From positions 133,989 to 197,988 of the forward strand of contig CAZQLY010000001.1 of NCBI GenBank assembly GCA_964594455.1: DNA of 64,000 nucleotides, given 5' to 3'. The notes beneath the pieces are model-generated. The model did no database searches, was not told where the DNA came from, and saw only the letters and a list, made by a program, of their open reading frames with translations. The position numbers and the translations under genes were made by a program. Shown here in pieces: positions 39,766 through 49,048 of this stretch; position 1 is the first letter of the stretch; each line of letters begins with the position of its first letter. The DNA comes from an uncultured Gammaproteobacteria bacterium. Its GTDB lineage: Bacteria; Patescibacteriota; Patescibacteriia; JAHIZJ01.

Positions 39766-40413
39766 ATGCCCGCCCCAAAGTATTTAAAGGACAAAGATCC
39801 TTGGATGTTGGCCGAGGATATTCCTGATATGGATTTTGCCTTTGGGCAGATTTGGTTATCCTGTTTTGTAAATGAATTTGCTAAACCAGCCGGCCGTGCT
39901 TATAAAAAAATATTGGCAATTTTTAAAGGTTACCACTTGTGGTTTTATTATGGTGAAAAAGATTCAAACCGAGTAGGTGAGCACATAGTAAAAAAGTTCT
40001 GTGTTTATTATGCAGAGAAAGGCGTGGATAAAGTTTTCTTAAGAAAACAAGCCAAAGAATTGGCACAGCAAACACAACGTGATATTGGCGCAGAAGCCGA
40101 AATATCTGGACAGACGGGTTGTGTTGGCCGAGCTATTGGTGTAGTAAAGAAGATATTTCGTCCAGAAGGTATGGGCAAGATGAAAAAAGGCGATATACTC
40201 GTTTCCATAGCCACTGATCCAGATATAGTTCCAGCTATGAAAAAGGCCGCCGCCATCGTTACTGAACAAGGAGGAGTCACTTCGCACGCCGCTATCGTTT
40301 CTCGCGAAATGAACATACCTTGCGTGATTGGCACAAAAATTGCCACCAAAGTTTTGAATGATGGCGATAAAGTTGAAGTTGATGCCAATAAGGGTATTGT
40401 AAGGAAAATATGA
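39766..40413 (+). CDS. PEP-utiliser swivel (phospho-His) domain protein 1, probably internally deleted
   Basis: C-terminal AIVTEQGGVTSHAAIVSRE..IPCVIGT; much shorter than its paralogs. Confidence 0.75.
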   Translation: MPAPKYLKDKDPWMLAEDIPDMDFAFGQIWLSCFVNEFAKPAGRAYKKILAIFKGYHLWFYYGEKDSNRVGEHIVKKFCVYYAEKGVDKVFLRKQAKELAQQTQRDIGAEAEISGQTGCVGRAIGVVKKIFRPEGMGKMKKGDILVSIATDPDIVPAMKKAAAIVTEQGGVTSHAAIVSREMNIPCVIGTKIATKVLNDGDKVEVDANKGIVRKI

Positions 40414-41432
40414 AGCTAGAATACGAAAAGCACCAGAGGAATTATACACTCCTGGCTGTGTCTTTGGTTATGGAAGAAATGATGAAAAGCCAACATTCCA
40501 AACTTTTTATCAATCCTTCGCAACCCATGTATATATATGTAAAAAACGGAGTGCTTTATCATTTTATCTCGGTGGCTAATTACTATAGTTGGACTGATCA
40601 GTGGATTAAAAAATATGATTATAAAAAAATAAAGAAGCTTTTTGATAAAAGAATAACTCAGCTCTTGGAATTCCATAAATATATTAAAAGAGATAAGCTT
40701 GATTTAGTACAGGCTGTAGATAAAATAAGTTGGTATATACTTGAGTTGCTGGACATTATAATGTTAGCCGCTTATTTGAAAGTTTATTCTACCGTGGACG
40801 ACAAAAAAACTAAAAAAATTTTAAACAAAGCCCGGCGGGAATTTGAATCTGTCCATAGGGTGGCGATAGATTTTCAGGCAAAACTGCTTAATAAAATTGA
40901 AAAAGAGAAAAATATTAAAAAGGGTAGTTTGTCCCATCTATCGATTGAGGAATATCGACGCTGGCTAAAAACTAAAAAACTTCCCTTAGGTGCATCAGCT
41001 CGCAATAAATTTTTAATGCTAGAACACTCAGGTAAGGGTGAGAGAATTTTGAACAACAAACAAGCTAAGGATCTATTAAGGAAAATAGACACCCGCGTTA
41101 ATAATAAAAATGTTAAATCAGCCAAAGGCATGTCTGCTTACCAGGGAGTCGTTAAGGGGAAAACCAAAATAATCATGGTTTTGAATCAGATACCTAAGTT
41201 TAAAAAAGATGAAATACTGGTTACTCCAATGACTGATCCACGCTACTTACCGGCCATGAAAAAAGCCTCAGCTATAGTGACTGACGAAGGTGGTGTTACT
41301 TGTCATGCTGCCATTGTAGCTCGAGAGTTAAAAAAACCATGCGTGATCGGAACAAAAATATCAACTCAAGTCTTCAAAAACGGTGACCGAGTTGAGGTTG
41401 ATGCTAACAAGGGTATTATTAGAAAAATATGA
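40410..41432 (+). CDS. PEP-utiliser swivel domain protein 2
   Basis: AIVTDEGGVTCHAAIVAREL.KPCVIGT; no ATP-grasp domain. Confidence 0.8.
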   Translation: MKLEYEKHQRNYTLLAVSLVMEEMMKSQHSKLFINPSQPMYIYVKNGVLYHFISVANYYSWTDQWIKKYDYKKIKKLFDKRITQLLEFHKYIKRDKLDLVQAVDKISWYILELLDIIMLAAYLKVYSTVDDKKTKKILNKARREFESVHRVAIDFQAKLLNKIEKEKNIKKGSLSHLSIEEYRRWLKTKKLPLGASARNKFLMLEHSGKGERILNNKQAKDLLRKIDTRVNNKNVKSAKGMSAYQGVVKGKTKIIMVLNQIPKFKKDEILVTPMTDPRYLPAMKKASAIVTDEGGVTCHAAIVARELKKPCVIGTKISTQVFKNGDRVEVDANKGIIRKI

Positions 41433-42031
41433 AGTCTGAGATAAAGATAATTATTTTAGATGGGTACGGAATTATTCTGAGTCGGGGTTATCCTGACACC
41501 GTAAATTATTTGCATAAAAGATATAAGTTAGATAAGACTGAGCTACAAAAAGTTTTTTATAAAAAGTATTTTAATCTCGCAGCTGAAAGAAAAATAACTC
41601 AAAAGCAGGCCTGGCAAATACCAGTTGAGGAATTAGGTATTCCTATGACCTGGCAAGAAGTAAGAGCTTTGCACATGAGCCTATTTAGAATTAATAAGCC
41701 AGTTATGAAGTTAATCAACCAACTGCGAAATAAATATAAGGTTATCATGTTAAGCAAGAATACCAGATCTCAATTTGCTGATACCAAGAAGCTCTTTCCC
41801 AAGGTCTGGAAAAGTTTGGATGGAGTGATCAATACTTGGGAATTAAGCCTTCCCAAGGCCTCAAAAAGGACGATTTTGGAGATTTGTCGTCGATTTCGGG
41901 TAAAACCATCAGAAATAGTCTATGCTGACGATCAGAAGGTAAATTTGATTGAGCCAAAAAAAATGGGTGTTAAAACTATATTCTATAAATCATTCAAACA
42001 ATTCGATAGTGATTTGCGCAAATATTTATGA
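41429..42031 (+). CDS. HAD-superfamily hydrolase
   Basis: IIILDGYG, LSKN, PK, YADD motifs I-IV. Confidence 0.75.
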   Translation: MKSEIKIIILDGYGIILSRGYPDTVNYLHKRYKLDKTELQKVFYKKYFNLAAERKITQKQAWQIPVEELGIPMTWQEVRALHMSLFRINKPVMKLINQLRNKYKVIMLSKNTRSQFADTKKLFPKVWKSLDGVINTWELSLPKASKRTILEICRRFRVKPSEIVYADDQKVNLIEPKKMGVKTIFYKSFKQFDSDLRKYL

Positions 42032-43509
42032 AAAGTAAAGCTCAATGGATAGAAACATCACGGCGAGGAAAGGCTCAACCACTTTTGGTTGTAGATGCTG
42101 TTATAGATTTGTATAAACAGAAATACTTTCAAAAAGCTCATAGAAGCAAATGGGGACCAAAGAACTATCGACAGTTTGATTCTGCTAGTTGGTTTGGAGT
42201 CAAGGATTACCAAGAATATCAAGACTTGCTGACGTTAGCAGCTGATAGTAAAGACCAGAAGTTATTGAAGTATGGTCGGGAGTACGAAAAAAGAATAATT
42301 GCTCACAGGACATTTGCTGACAAATATAGTAATTATGATTTTTACGGTCTTAGCAACAAAGAATTAAGAAAAATATTCAGTCAGTGGTTTGAGCTGACTA
42401 AGAGGTTTTGGTCATTTGCTTATGACTATATTTTTATCAACAAATTTCTACCTGACATAGTAACATCTGTAGTCGCCTCTAAGGTTCTAGATGTTAAAAA
42501 GCAGAATAAGTATCTAGGAATTCTGTTTGAAGCTGATGAACCCTCAGAGCTTAGACAGGAGAAAAAAAATTTATTGGAGATAGTGAAGTATATACGCAAC
42601 AAGAAAACAGACCTGAACAATGACATTGTTCATCGTAAATTGTCTAAACATTTAAATGAATATGCCCATCTAGGTTTTTACTATTTTAGAGGGTCATCAT
42701 ATAATTTATCCGACCTTAAAAAAAGAGTTAGTGAATACTTGAAAATAAATAGAATAGATTTTAATAAAATCGAATCAGATTTTAATAAACAGAACAAAAA
42801 TAATGCATTAGTCAAAGGAGTCATTAGAGAATTGAAACTTGATAAAAAAACTGTTGATTACATCAGATATATAAAACGTTGGGGTAGTTTATCAAACAAA
42901 GTTGACGAGACTTACGGTTACGTAGTTCACAAATGTTGGGGCCTCTGGCATGAAATCGCCAAGAGGTTTGGAATTTCTTATCAAGAATTTTATCATCTGA
43001 CCGGTACTGAAATAATTAAAAACTTAGATAGAGCTCAGCTTCCCCAGAAGTTAAAAAATAAAATTAAATTAAGACACAAAGATCATGCTCTAGTTTTAGA
43101 AAATAATAAGAAAAGCATTTATGTTGGCAATGAGCTGCGGAGCTACAGCTTGAGGGAAAAACAAGATAAAAGTTTTAACAAAAACGTAAAGGAATTGAAA
43201 GGCCAGCCAGTGTCACCGGGCCAAAAAAAGGGCAGAGTGATAATAGTACATACTGTGCATGATGTTAGAAAAGTGGAAAGAGGCGATATTATAGTAGCAA
43301 ATTCCACTAACCCTACCTATGTTCCGGCCATGGAGCGGGCTGGAGCCATAGTAACCGACGAAGGCGGATTGCTTTCTCATGCTGCTATAGTTTCCCGAGA
43401 ACTTAAGGTTCCTTGTGTTGTTGGCACAAAAATAGCTACCCGTGTTCTCAAAGATGGTGATATAATAAATGTGGATGCTGAAAAAGGAATTATTAAAATA
43501 GTTTCATAA
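42028..43509 (+). CDS. PEP-utiliser swivel domain protein 3
   Basis: AIVTDEGGLLSHAAIVSRELKVPCVVGT; long helical N-terminal region. Confidence 0.8.
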   Translation: MKSKAQWIETSRRGKAQPLLVVDAVIDLYKQKYFQKAHRSKWGPKNYRQFDSASWFGVKDYQEYQDLLTLAADSKDQKLLKYGREYEKRIIAHRTFADKYSNYDFYGLSNKELRKIFSQWFELTKRFWSFAYDYIFINKFLPDIVTSVVASKVLDVKKQNKYLGILFEADEPSELRQEKKNLLEIVKYIRNKKTDLNNDIVHRKLSKHLNEYAHLGFYYFRGSSYNLSDLKKRVSEYLKINRIDFNKIESDFNKQNKNNALVKGVIRELKLDKKTVDYIRYIKRWGSLSNKVDETYGYVVHKCWGLWHEIAKRFGISYQEFYHLTGTEIIKNLDRAQLPQKLKNKIKLRHKDHALVLENNKKSIYVGNELRSYSLREKQDKSFNKNVKELKGQPVSPGQKKGRVIIVHTVHDVRKVERGDIIVANSTNPTYVPAMERAGAIVTDEGGLLSHAAIVSRELKVPCVVGTKIATRVLKDGDIINVDAEKGIIKIVS

Positions 43510-43510
43510 T

Positions 43511-44587
43511 ATGGTCAAAAAAGTTATCTACGAAGCTCATCCGCGAGACTATACTATTGTTGGTATATCGGAAGTTGCTCGTCATTATTGTACTAGCGGC
43601 TGGAAAGAGTTTAATGGACAGTTATTGGATGAATTTATCAACGTAATTGAGAACGGGAAATATATTTACTATGTTGAAGAGGACGGGCTTAATAAAATCA
43701 GCCAAGCGTTTATTAGATATAGGTTAAACAAGAACAAAGTTGATTTGCTGGGCATGTGGAAGAGGTTTGATAAAATGGTCGATGATTATTTCTCTCTGAT
43801 AAAATTACCCTACAGCAAATATTCCAAATATATGCTGTTGGATTTTTATGATTATTATATTAAGCTTCTGGGTCCGGCCTACACTGGTGCTTATGCTTTG
43901 GAATATATTGATGAAGTCAAGCCCTCAATAAAAAAACAGTTTACCGGTATTGCAAAAAAATTTCGCGACAAAGGAGAACTTATTTACAAAGACGGAGAAA
44001 GCAGGTTCATTCCAAAATATTTGAAATGGCTGTCCAAAAAAGAGTTGCCACAATACACTCCAGAACTAATGCAGTACATTTCGTGTAATGAAATGAAAAC
44101 CTGGCTTTTAACAAATAAAGGTTTGCCCAGTCCAAAAGAATTAAGATCAAGAAAGAAATTATTTGTCTTGAAGTATTATCCTGATGATAAGTTCCAAATC
44201 ATGACAGGCCAAAAGGCAAAAAAATATCTTAATAACATCAGATTAATGGAGCGCAGTACCTCGGGTGTTAAAAAGATGACAGGCACAACCGGTTATCCCG
44301 GAGTGGTTAAAGGTGTTGTAAAGATTGTGCGCTATCAGCATGAGATGAAAGGATTTAAAAACGGGCAGGTGCTGGTTTCTCCCATGACTCAGCCCAGCTT
44401 TTTAACCGTCATGAAAAAGGCTTCAGCCTTTATCACGGAAGAAGGTGGAACGCTTAGCCACGCCGCTATTGTGGCTCGAGAATTAAAAAAGCCTTGCGTT
44501 TTGGGAACAAAAGTTGCTACTAAAGTATTGAGAAATGGAGATAGAGTGACGGTAAACGCCACTACCGGAACCGTAAACAAGTTGTAG
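43511..44587 (+). CDS. PEP-utiliser swivel domain protein 4
   Basis: AFITEEGGTLSHAAIVARELKKPCVLGT. Confidence 0.8.
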   Translation: MVKKVIYEAHPRDYTIVGISEVARHYCTSGWKEFNGQLLDEFINVIENGKYIYYVEEDGLNKISQAFIRYRLNKNKVDLLGMWKRFDKMVDDYFSLIKLPYSKYSKYMLLDFYDYYIKLLGPAYTGAYALEYIDEVKPSIKKQFTGIAKKFRDKGELIYKDGESRFIPKYLKWLSKKELPQYTPELMQYISCNEMKTWLLTNKGLPSPKELRSRKKLFVLKYYPDDKFQIMTGQKAKKYLNNIRLMERSTSGVKKMTGTTGYPGVVKGVVKIVRYQHEMKGFKNGQVLVSPMTQPSFLTVMKKASAFITEEGGTLSHAAIVARELKKPCVLGTKVATKVLRNGDRVTVNATTGTVNKL

Positions 44588-44636
44588 ATTTGCTTAGTCA
44601 GGTTTTAACGTATATAATCAAAAAAAGTTTAAAGAT

Positions 44637-45074
44637 ATGGACTATTTATACGGAGTAACAAATTACAGTTTCTTTGATTCTTATTGGGCGGCTATCCACT
44701 TTGGTTCTGGTTTGCTGATCGGCTTATTGATTATCTTGATTTTTAGAATGGTTGATAAAAAAAGGTATTTTGGGTTTGGGATGTCCTTATTGGTATTTTG
44801 GGAGATATTTGAGTTTTTTATTCGGATACTAAACGAGTATTTTCCTAAATCTGCAGAAAAGCTAACCTTCATACCCGAAACCATGTTTCAGTCAGAAAGC
44901 ATAATTAATATTCTTAGCGATTTAATACTGGGATATATCGGCTTGGCGATTATTTATTGGATATTTGTTCGTCAGTCCGGTCTCGATCCCGATAACACAG
45001 AATATTATGATAAAAGTAAAGATAAAACGCCTCCACCCAGAAATGCGCCCCCCGACATACGGACGACCGAATGA
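44637..45074 (+). CDS. Membrane protein with H...WE.FE...ES.IN..SD motif (putative metal-dependent hydrolase-like)
   Basis: TM helices with conserved H/E/D residues; its tail overlaps dut. Confidence 0.55.
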   Translation: MDYLYGVTNYSFFDSYWAAIHFGSGLLIGLLIILIFRMVDKKRYFGFGMSLLVFWEIFEFFIRILNEYFPKSAEKLTFIPETMFQSESIINILSDLILGYIGLAIIYWIFVRQSGLDPDNTEYYDKSKDKTPPPRNAPPDIRTTE

Positions 45075-45432
45075 TGCTGGTCTGGATATTTTTGCATGCG
45101 GTGATCACACACTAAAACCTGGTCGGAGGTATGCCATACCAACAGGTTTTGCTATCGAAATACCCAAAGGTTTCGCTGGCTTGGTTTGGGACAAAGGTGG
45201 CCCGGCTTTTAAGTATGGAATTCATTGTTTAGCTGGTGTACTGGATGCCGGATACCGAGGAGAGCTGAAAATTGTCCTTTTAAATACCAGCGACAAAGAG
45301 TACCAGATAAAACTTGGCGATAAATTGGCTCAATTATTGATTCAGTCGGTAGAATCAGTTAAAATAGAGGAAGTAGATATATTAAGCGATACCGAGCGTG
45401 GAGAAGGAAGATTTGGCAGCACCGGCCGGTAA
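45007..45432 (+). CDS. dut: dUTP diphosphatase; start at ATG 45007
   Basis: AGLD, GVLDAGYRGE, AQLL, RGEGRFGSTG. Confidence 0.93.
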   Translation: MIKVKIKRLHPEMRPPTYGRPNDAGLDIFACGDHTLKPGRRYAIPTGFAIEIPKGFAGLVWDKGGPAFKYGIHCLAGVLDAGYRGELKIVLLNTSDKEYQIKLGDKLAQLLIQSVESVKIEEVDILSDTERGEGRFGSTGR

Positions 45433-45441
45433 AAATCATCA

Positions 45442-47142
45442 ATGGCAAAATTTACCAAAGAAGAAATAAAATTATTAAAGAAATATATCACTAACCCTAC
45501 GGGTGATGTTTTTTGTATTACGGGACTAGAAGGAATGGTCGGAGCGGCTTACGCTCGGTACAGCCGGGCCAGGGGCGGTTTTCGAGAGGTTTTATTAAAC
45601 GAATTCATAAAAGAAGGCGTAGTTGATCCATTACACGCGGAAGAATTGATTCAGCGGGTATTAATCGCTTTTGGAGATGATTCGGTTGGTGAATTAGAAG
45701 GCGCTCATTTGTCAGTTGAGAATGTTTCAGTGTTAGGCACAAAAGAGATGGAAGAGTGTCGTATTGGCGGATCACCGATTGAGCAGTCAACCCGCTATGT
45801 TTTTTACGATCAAAAAAAAGATGATGGTGAACATAGATATTACCGAGACCCCAAGATTATGCAGTCGCAGCATGCCAAGGAGTATACTGAGACGATGGAT
45901 TTCTTTTTCCAAACCTACTGCGATTTGATTGAGCCGATGAAGAAGTATTATAAGAAACTTAAGTCTTTAAAATCTGCCGAGTACGATATCAAGGGTACTG
46001 GCAATAAACAGCACTTCGAAGAACTGACCAGCGAAGAAGACAAAAAAGCCTTCAAGATGACTTACTCAATGGACTTGAGAACTAGAGCTTGTGATGCTTT
46101 GCGCTATATTTTGCCGATAGCTACTCAAACAAATGTAGGCTGGTTTGGGAATGGAAGGTTTTATCAAGGAATGTTGTCTAGTCTATATTCTAGCCCCTTT
46201 ACCGAAACTCAAAACATCGCTAAATCTGCTCAAGAGGAATTAAACAAAGTTATACCAGCTTACGTGAAAAGAGCCAATAAAAATGATTATCAAACAACGA
46301 TTGATAAAGAGATGTATCAGTTGGCTAATGAAGTCACAAAAAAGTATGATATTTTACCGGGCGAGGAAGTCGGACTATTGGATTCCGGGGTACATTATAT
46401 ATCTCACAAGCTGGGAGATGGCTATATCACATTAGAAAAAGTAAGAAAAACAATCCAAGATCGTCATGACAACGTAACGATTGCCATGATGCTATACGCC
46501 TATTCGAAGCACCCGCTGAAACAGCTGGTTAATTATATAGTTCCAAATTTAACAGACGATCATAAGAAGCAGGTTATTAAAACATATGTAGGCAATCGAC
46601 GCACTCGACGCGATCGGCCATATCGGGCTTTAGAATCTGGTTATCCCTATACCTTTGATTTAGTAACTGACTTTGGTGTTTACAAGGATTTAATGAGACA
46701 CCGAATGACCTCACAGTTGCGCCAGAGGTTTTCACCATTATTGGGCTTTGTCGTGCCGGATGATATTAAGAAAGCTGGATTTGAAAAAGAGTTCTTAAAT
46801 TGCCACCAAAAGTCATCAGAGCTGTATAATAAACTCTTCAAAGAATTTCCCGACGAAGCATCATACGCCACCCTTCATGGTTCAAAAGTCCGCTGGCTGA
46901 TTGGTTTTAATGAGCGCGAGGCTTATCATCTTTTGGAACTAAGGACCACTCCCCAAGGACACACTGCATATAGAAAGATTGCCCAGCAAATGCATAAGAA
47001 AATAAAAGAAGTAAGCCAGTGGAGAGCTGATAACATGAAGTTTGTTGATTACAATGATTACCAATGGGCTAGAGCCGATTCCGAGGCACGGCAAAGGGTA
47101 AAAGAGCGTGAACTGGAAGAAAAGTTAAAGCATAAAAAATAG
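45442..47142 (+). CDS. thyX: FAD-dependent thymidylate synthase, tandem-domain form
   Basis: ARYSR, FGDDSV, EQSTRY, DLMRHR, LELRT..QGH..YR. Confidence 0.85.
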   Translation: MAKFTKEEIKLLKKYITNPTGDVFCITGLEGMVGAAYARYSRARGGFREVLLNEFIKEGVVDPLHAEELIQRVLIAFGDDSVGELEGAHLSVENVSVLGTKEMEECRIGGSPIEQSTRYVFYDQKKDDGEHRYYRDPKIMQSQHAKEYTETMDFFFQTYCDLIEPMKKYYKKLKSLKSAEYDIKGTGNKQHFEELTSEEDKKAFKMTYSMDLRTRACDALRYILPIATQTNVGWFGNGRFYQGMLSSLYSSPFTETQNIAKSAQEELNKVIPAYVKRANKNDYQTTIDKEMYQLANEVTKKYDILPGEEVGLLDSGVHYISHKLGDGYITLEKVRKTIQDRHDNVTIAMMLYAYSKHPLKQLVNYIVPNLTDDHKKQVIKTYVGNRRTRRDRPYRALESGYPYTFDLVTDFGVYKDLMRHRMTSQLRQRFSPLLGFVVPDDIKKAGFEKEFLNCHQKSSELYNKLFKEFPDEASYATLHGSKVRWLIGFNEREAYHLLELRTTPQGHTAYRKIAQQMHKKIKEVSQWRADNMKFVDYNDYQWARADSEARQRVKERELEEKLKHKK

Positions 47143-47273
47143 TCCGGACAAATCAAAACATCCGGCTGTTTTTTTATACACATTGACACTACCTATTAAT
47201 TAAAATAAAATCTGTGCGGAGGAACGCACATTATAGCCAAATCAGACATGAGAATAAAAGGAGGTGATTGGTT

Positions 47274-47915
47274 ATGGCTTGGGGCCCGAAAATAATCGTA
47301 GTCATCGGTTCAATGTATTCTGGTAAGACCGGTTTTCTTTTCCGTCTAGCGAGGCAACTTATCAGGATGAAGCGTCACGGCACAAATATTCCGTTTGTGT
47401 GGTTAAGGCCATCTATCGATACACGCGATGGAGACCAGAGTATGATCGTAACTCGCAACAGGGAAGTGTTGGAAGGCGTGGAAGCCATCATCTTTCGGGC
47501 CAGTCGACCCAGCGATATCCTGCGTCATCCGCAAGTGAGAGAGGCTAAGCTGGTTTTCATCGACGAATTGCAGTTTGCCGGCGCTCGACTTTATCGCACC
47601 GTGATAAAACTTCATGAGATGGGAAAACGAGTGATTCTTGCTGGGCTAGACATCGACCACATGGGTAGACCATTTGATACCACCGCCCGGGTTGCGCTAA
47701 TACCCGAAGCTAAAGTATTCAAATTGCGTGATGGCGTTTGCATCAGATGCGGTGCAGTAGCTACGCATTCGCTGCGATTGATAGATGGTATACCCGCACC
47801 AGCAGACTCTCCCAGATTTATGGTTCAAGGTCAAGAAAAGGTTGATTACGAACCCGTATGTAGGAGGTGTCAGATAGGGGCATATGATAAAGCCGGCATT
47901 AGTTTCTTCTTCTAG
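47274..47915 (+). CDS. tdk: Thymidine kinase (cassette gene); start at ATG 47274
   Basis: GSMYSGKT, IDELQF, AGLD.D..G.PF, C..CG..AT, YEPVCRRC; TTGACA-N17-TAAAAT, AAAGGAGGTGA, terminator 47919-47952. Confidence 0.9.
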   Translation: MAWGPKIIVVIGSMYSGKTGFLFRLARQLIRMKRHGTNIPFVWLRPSIDTRDGDQSMIVTRNREVLEGVEAIIFRASRPSDILRHPQVREAKLVFIDELQFAGARLYRTVIKLHEMGKRVILAGLDIDHMGRPFDTTARVALIPEAKVFKLRDGVCIRCGAVATHSLRLIDGIPAPADSPRFMVQGQEKVDYEPVCRRCQIGAYDKAGISFFF

Positions 47916-47968
47916 CCTTAGCCTTCAGCTCACTAGAGTGAAGGCTTTTTTTATGGTAAAATAATGGC

Positions 47969-48403
47969 ATGAATTACTTACTAACATTTGCCTGGATTGT
48001 AGTCACATTTGCCTCAATTTCTTTCTGGGAGGCTTATATTGAGGGCCATCATGGAGGAGCTTCCAAGCAGGTGGGCTGGGTCTGGAACATATTTGGATTG
48101 AGATTAACAGGCTATCATGTGATGCTCTTCGGGGTAACTATTCCGCTTTTTCTGCTGATGCCTTTTATCGCTTATGGTTATGACGGCAAATTACTAGTTA
48201 CAGTTGTTATCGGATATTTGATTGGAATAGTAGTCGAAGATTTCTTGTGGTTCGTGGTTAATCCAGTTTACCCGCTAAGAGACTTCCGTCCAGAAAAAGT
48301 TTGGTGGTTCCCTTGGATTAAGTTAGGCAAGTTCAGGTTGCCGTTTTTCTACCCACTAGCAATTGTCATTGCCCTGGTTTTATACTTTTTATTTCTCAGA
48401 TAA
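47969..48403 (+). CDS. Membrane protein
   Basis: EAYIEG, YH and EDFLWFVVNP motifs; several TMs. Confidence 0.7.
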   Translation: MNYLLTFAWIVVTFASISFWEAYIEGHHGGASKQVGWVWNIFGLRLTGYHVMLFGVTIPLFLLMPFIAYGYDGKLLVTVVIGYLIGIVVEDFLWFVVNPVYPLRDFRPEKVWWFPWIKLGKFRLPFFYPLAIVIALVLYFLFLR

Positions 48404-48427
48404 AGTGTGTTAAAATTAGTTTGAATT

Positions 48428-49048
48428 ATGAAAAGAAACGGATATTTAATTGCCATTTACGGCATAAACAATTTAGGCAAGACCACTCAGGCAAAAAGAC
48501 TGGTGGATTTTTTGAATAAGAATGATTGGCCGGCTGAGTATGTGAAATACCCGGTTTATAGACAAAAGCCTTCCGGTCAGTATATTAATCAGATTCTCAG
48601 GAGAACGACTGAACAGCCGATCTCCGAGGAAGAATTTCAGATGTGGTATACTGTTAACCGTTTCCAATACGAGCCGGTGATAAAAAAGAAAATGGATAAT
48701 GGAAAAATCATCGTGGCTGAAGATTATATAGGGACTGGCTTAGCCTGGGGTGCCACAAAGGGGGCTAGCTTGGATTGGCTAGTCGAGATGAATGAACCTC
48801 TCCACAAAGAGGATTTGGCTATATTATTTGATGGTGAAAGATTTCCCGACGGCAAGGAAAAAAAACATCTACACGAGACAGACGATATATTAATGAAACG
48901 CTGTCGTCGCTGGCATCAGAAGTTAGCCGAAATGTACGGCTGGAAATTGGTAAACGCGAATCAAAAAGTAGATGAAGTCCATCAAGACGTCTTGGAGATC
49001 GTATCACAATTTTTGAGGAGTAAAGAAATATGGCAGAAAAAAAAGTAG
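48428..49048 (+). CDS. tmk: Thymidylate kinase
   Basis: IAIYGINNLGKTTQ P-loop, NR, EDY, HE motifs; context with thyX/dut. Confidence 0.8.
   Translation: MKRNGYLIAIYGINNLGKTTQAKRLVDFLNKNDWPAEYVKYPVYRQKPSGQYINQILRRTTEQPISEEEFQMWYTVNRFQYEPVIKKKMDNGKIIVAEDYIGTGLAWGATKGASLDWLVEMNEPLHKEDLAILFDGERFPDGKEKKHLHETDDILMKRCRRWHQKLAEMYGWKLVNANQKVDEVHQDVLEIVSQFLRSKEIWQKKK

Noticed and set aside
39766-44587. Annotation as PEP synthase/PPDK or PTS enzyme I
   Set aside because: Only the swivel His domain is present; the ATP-grasp and PEP-binding barrel are absent
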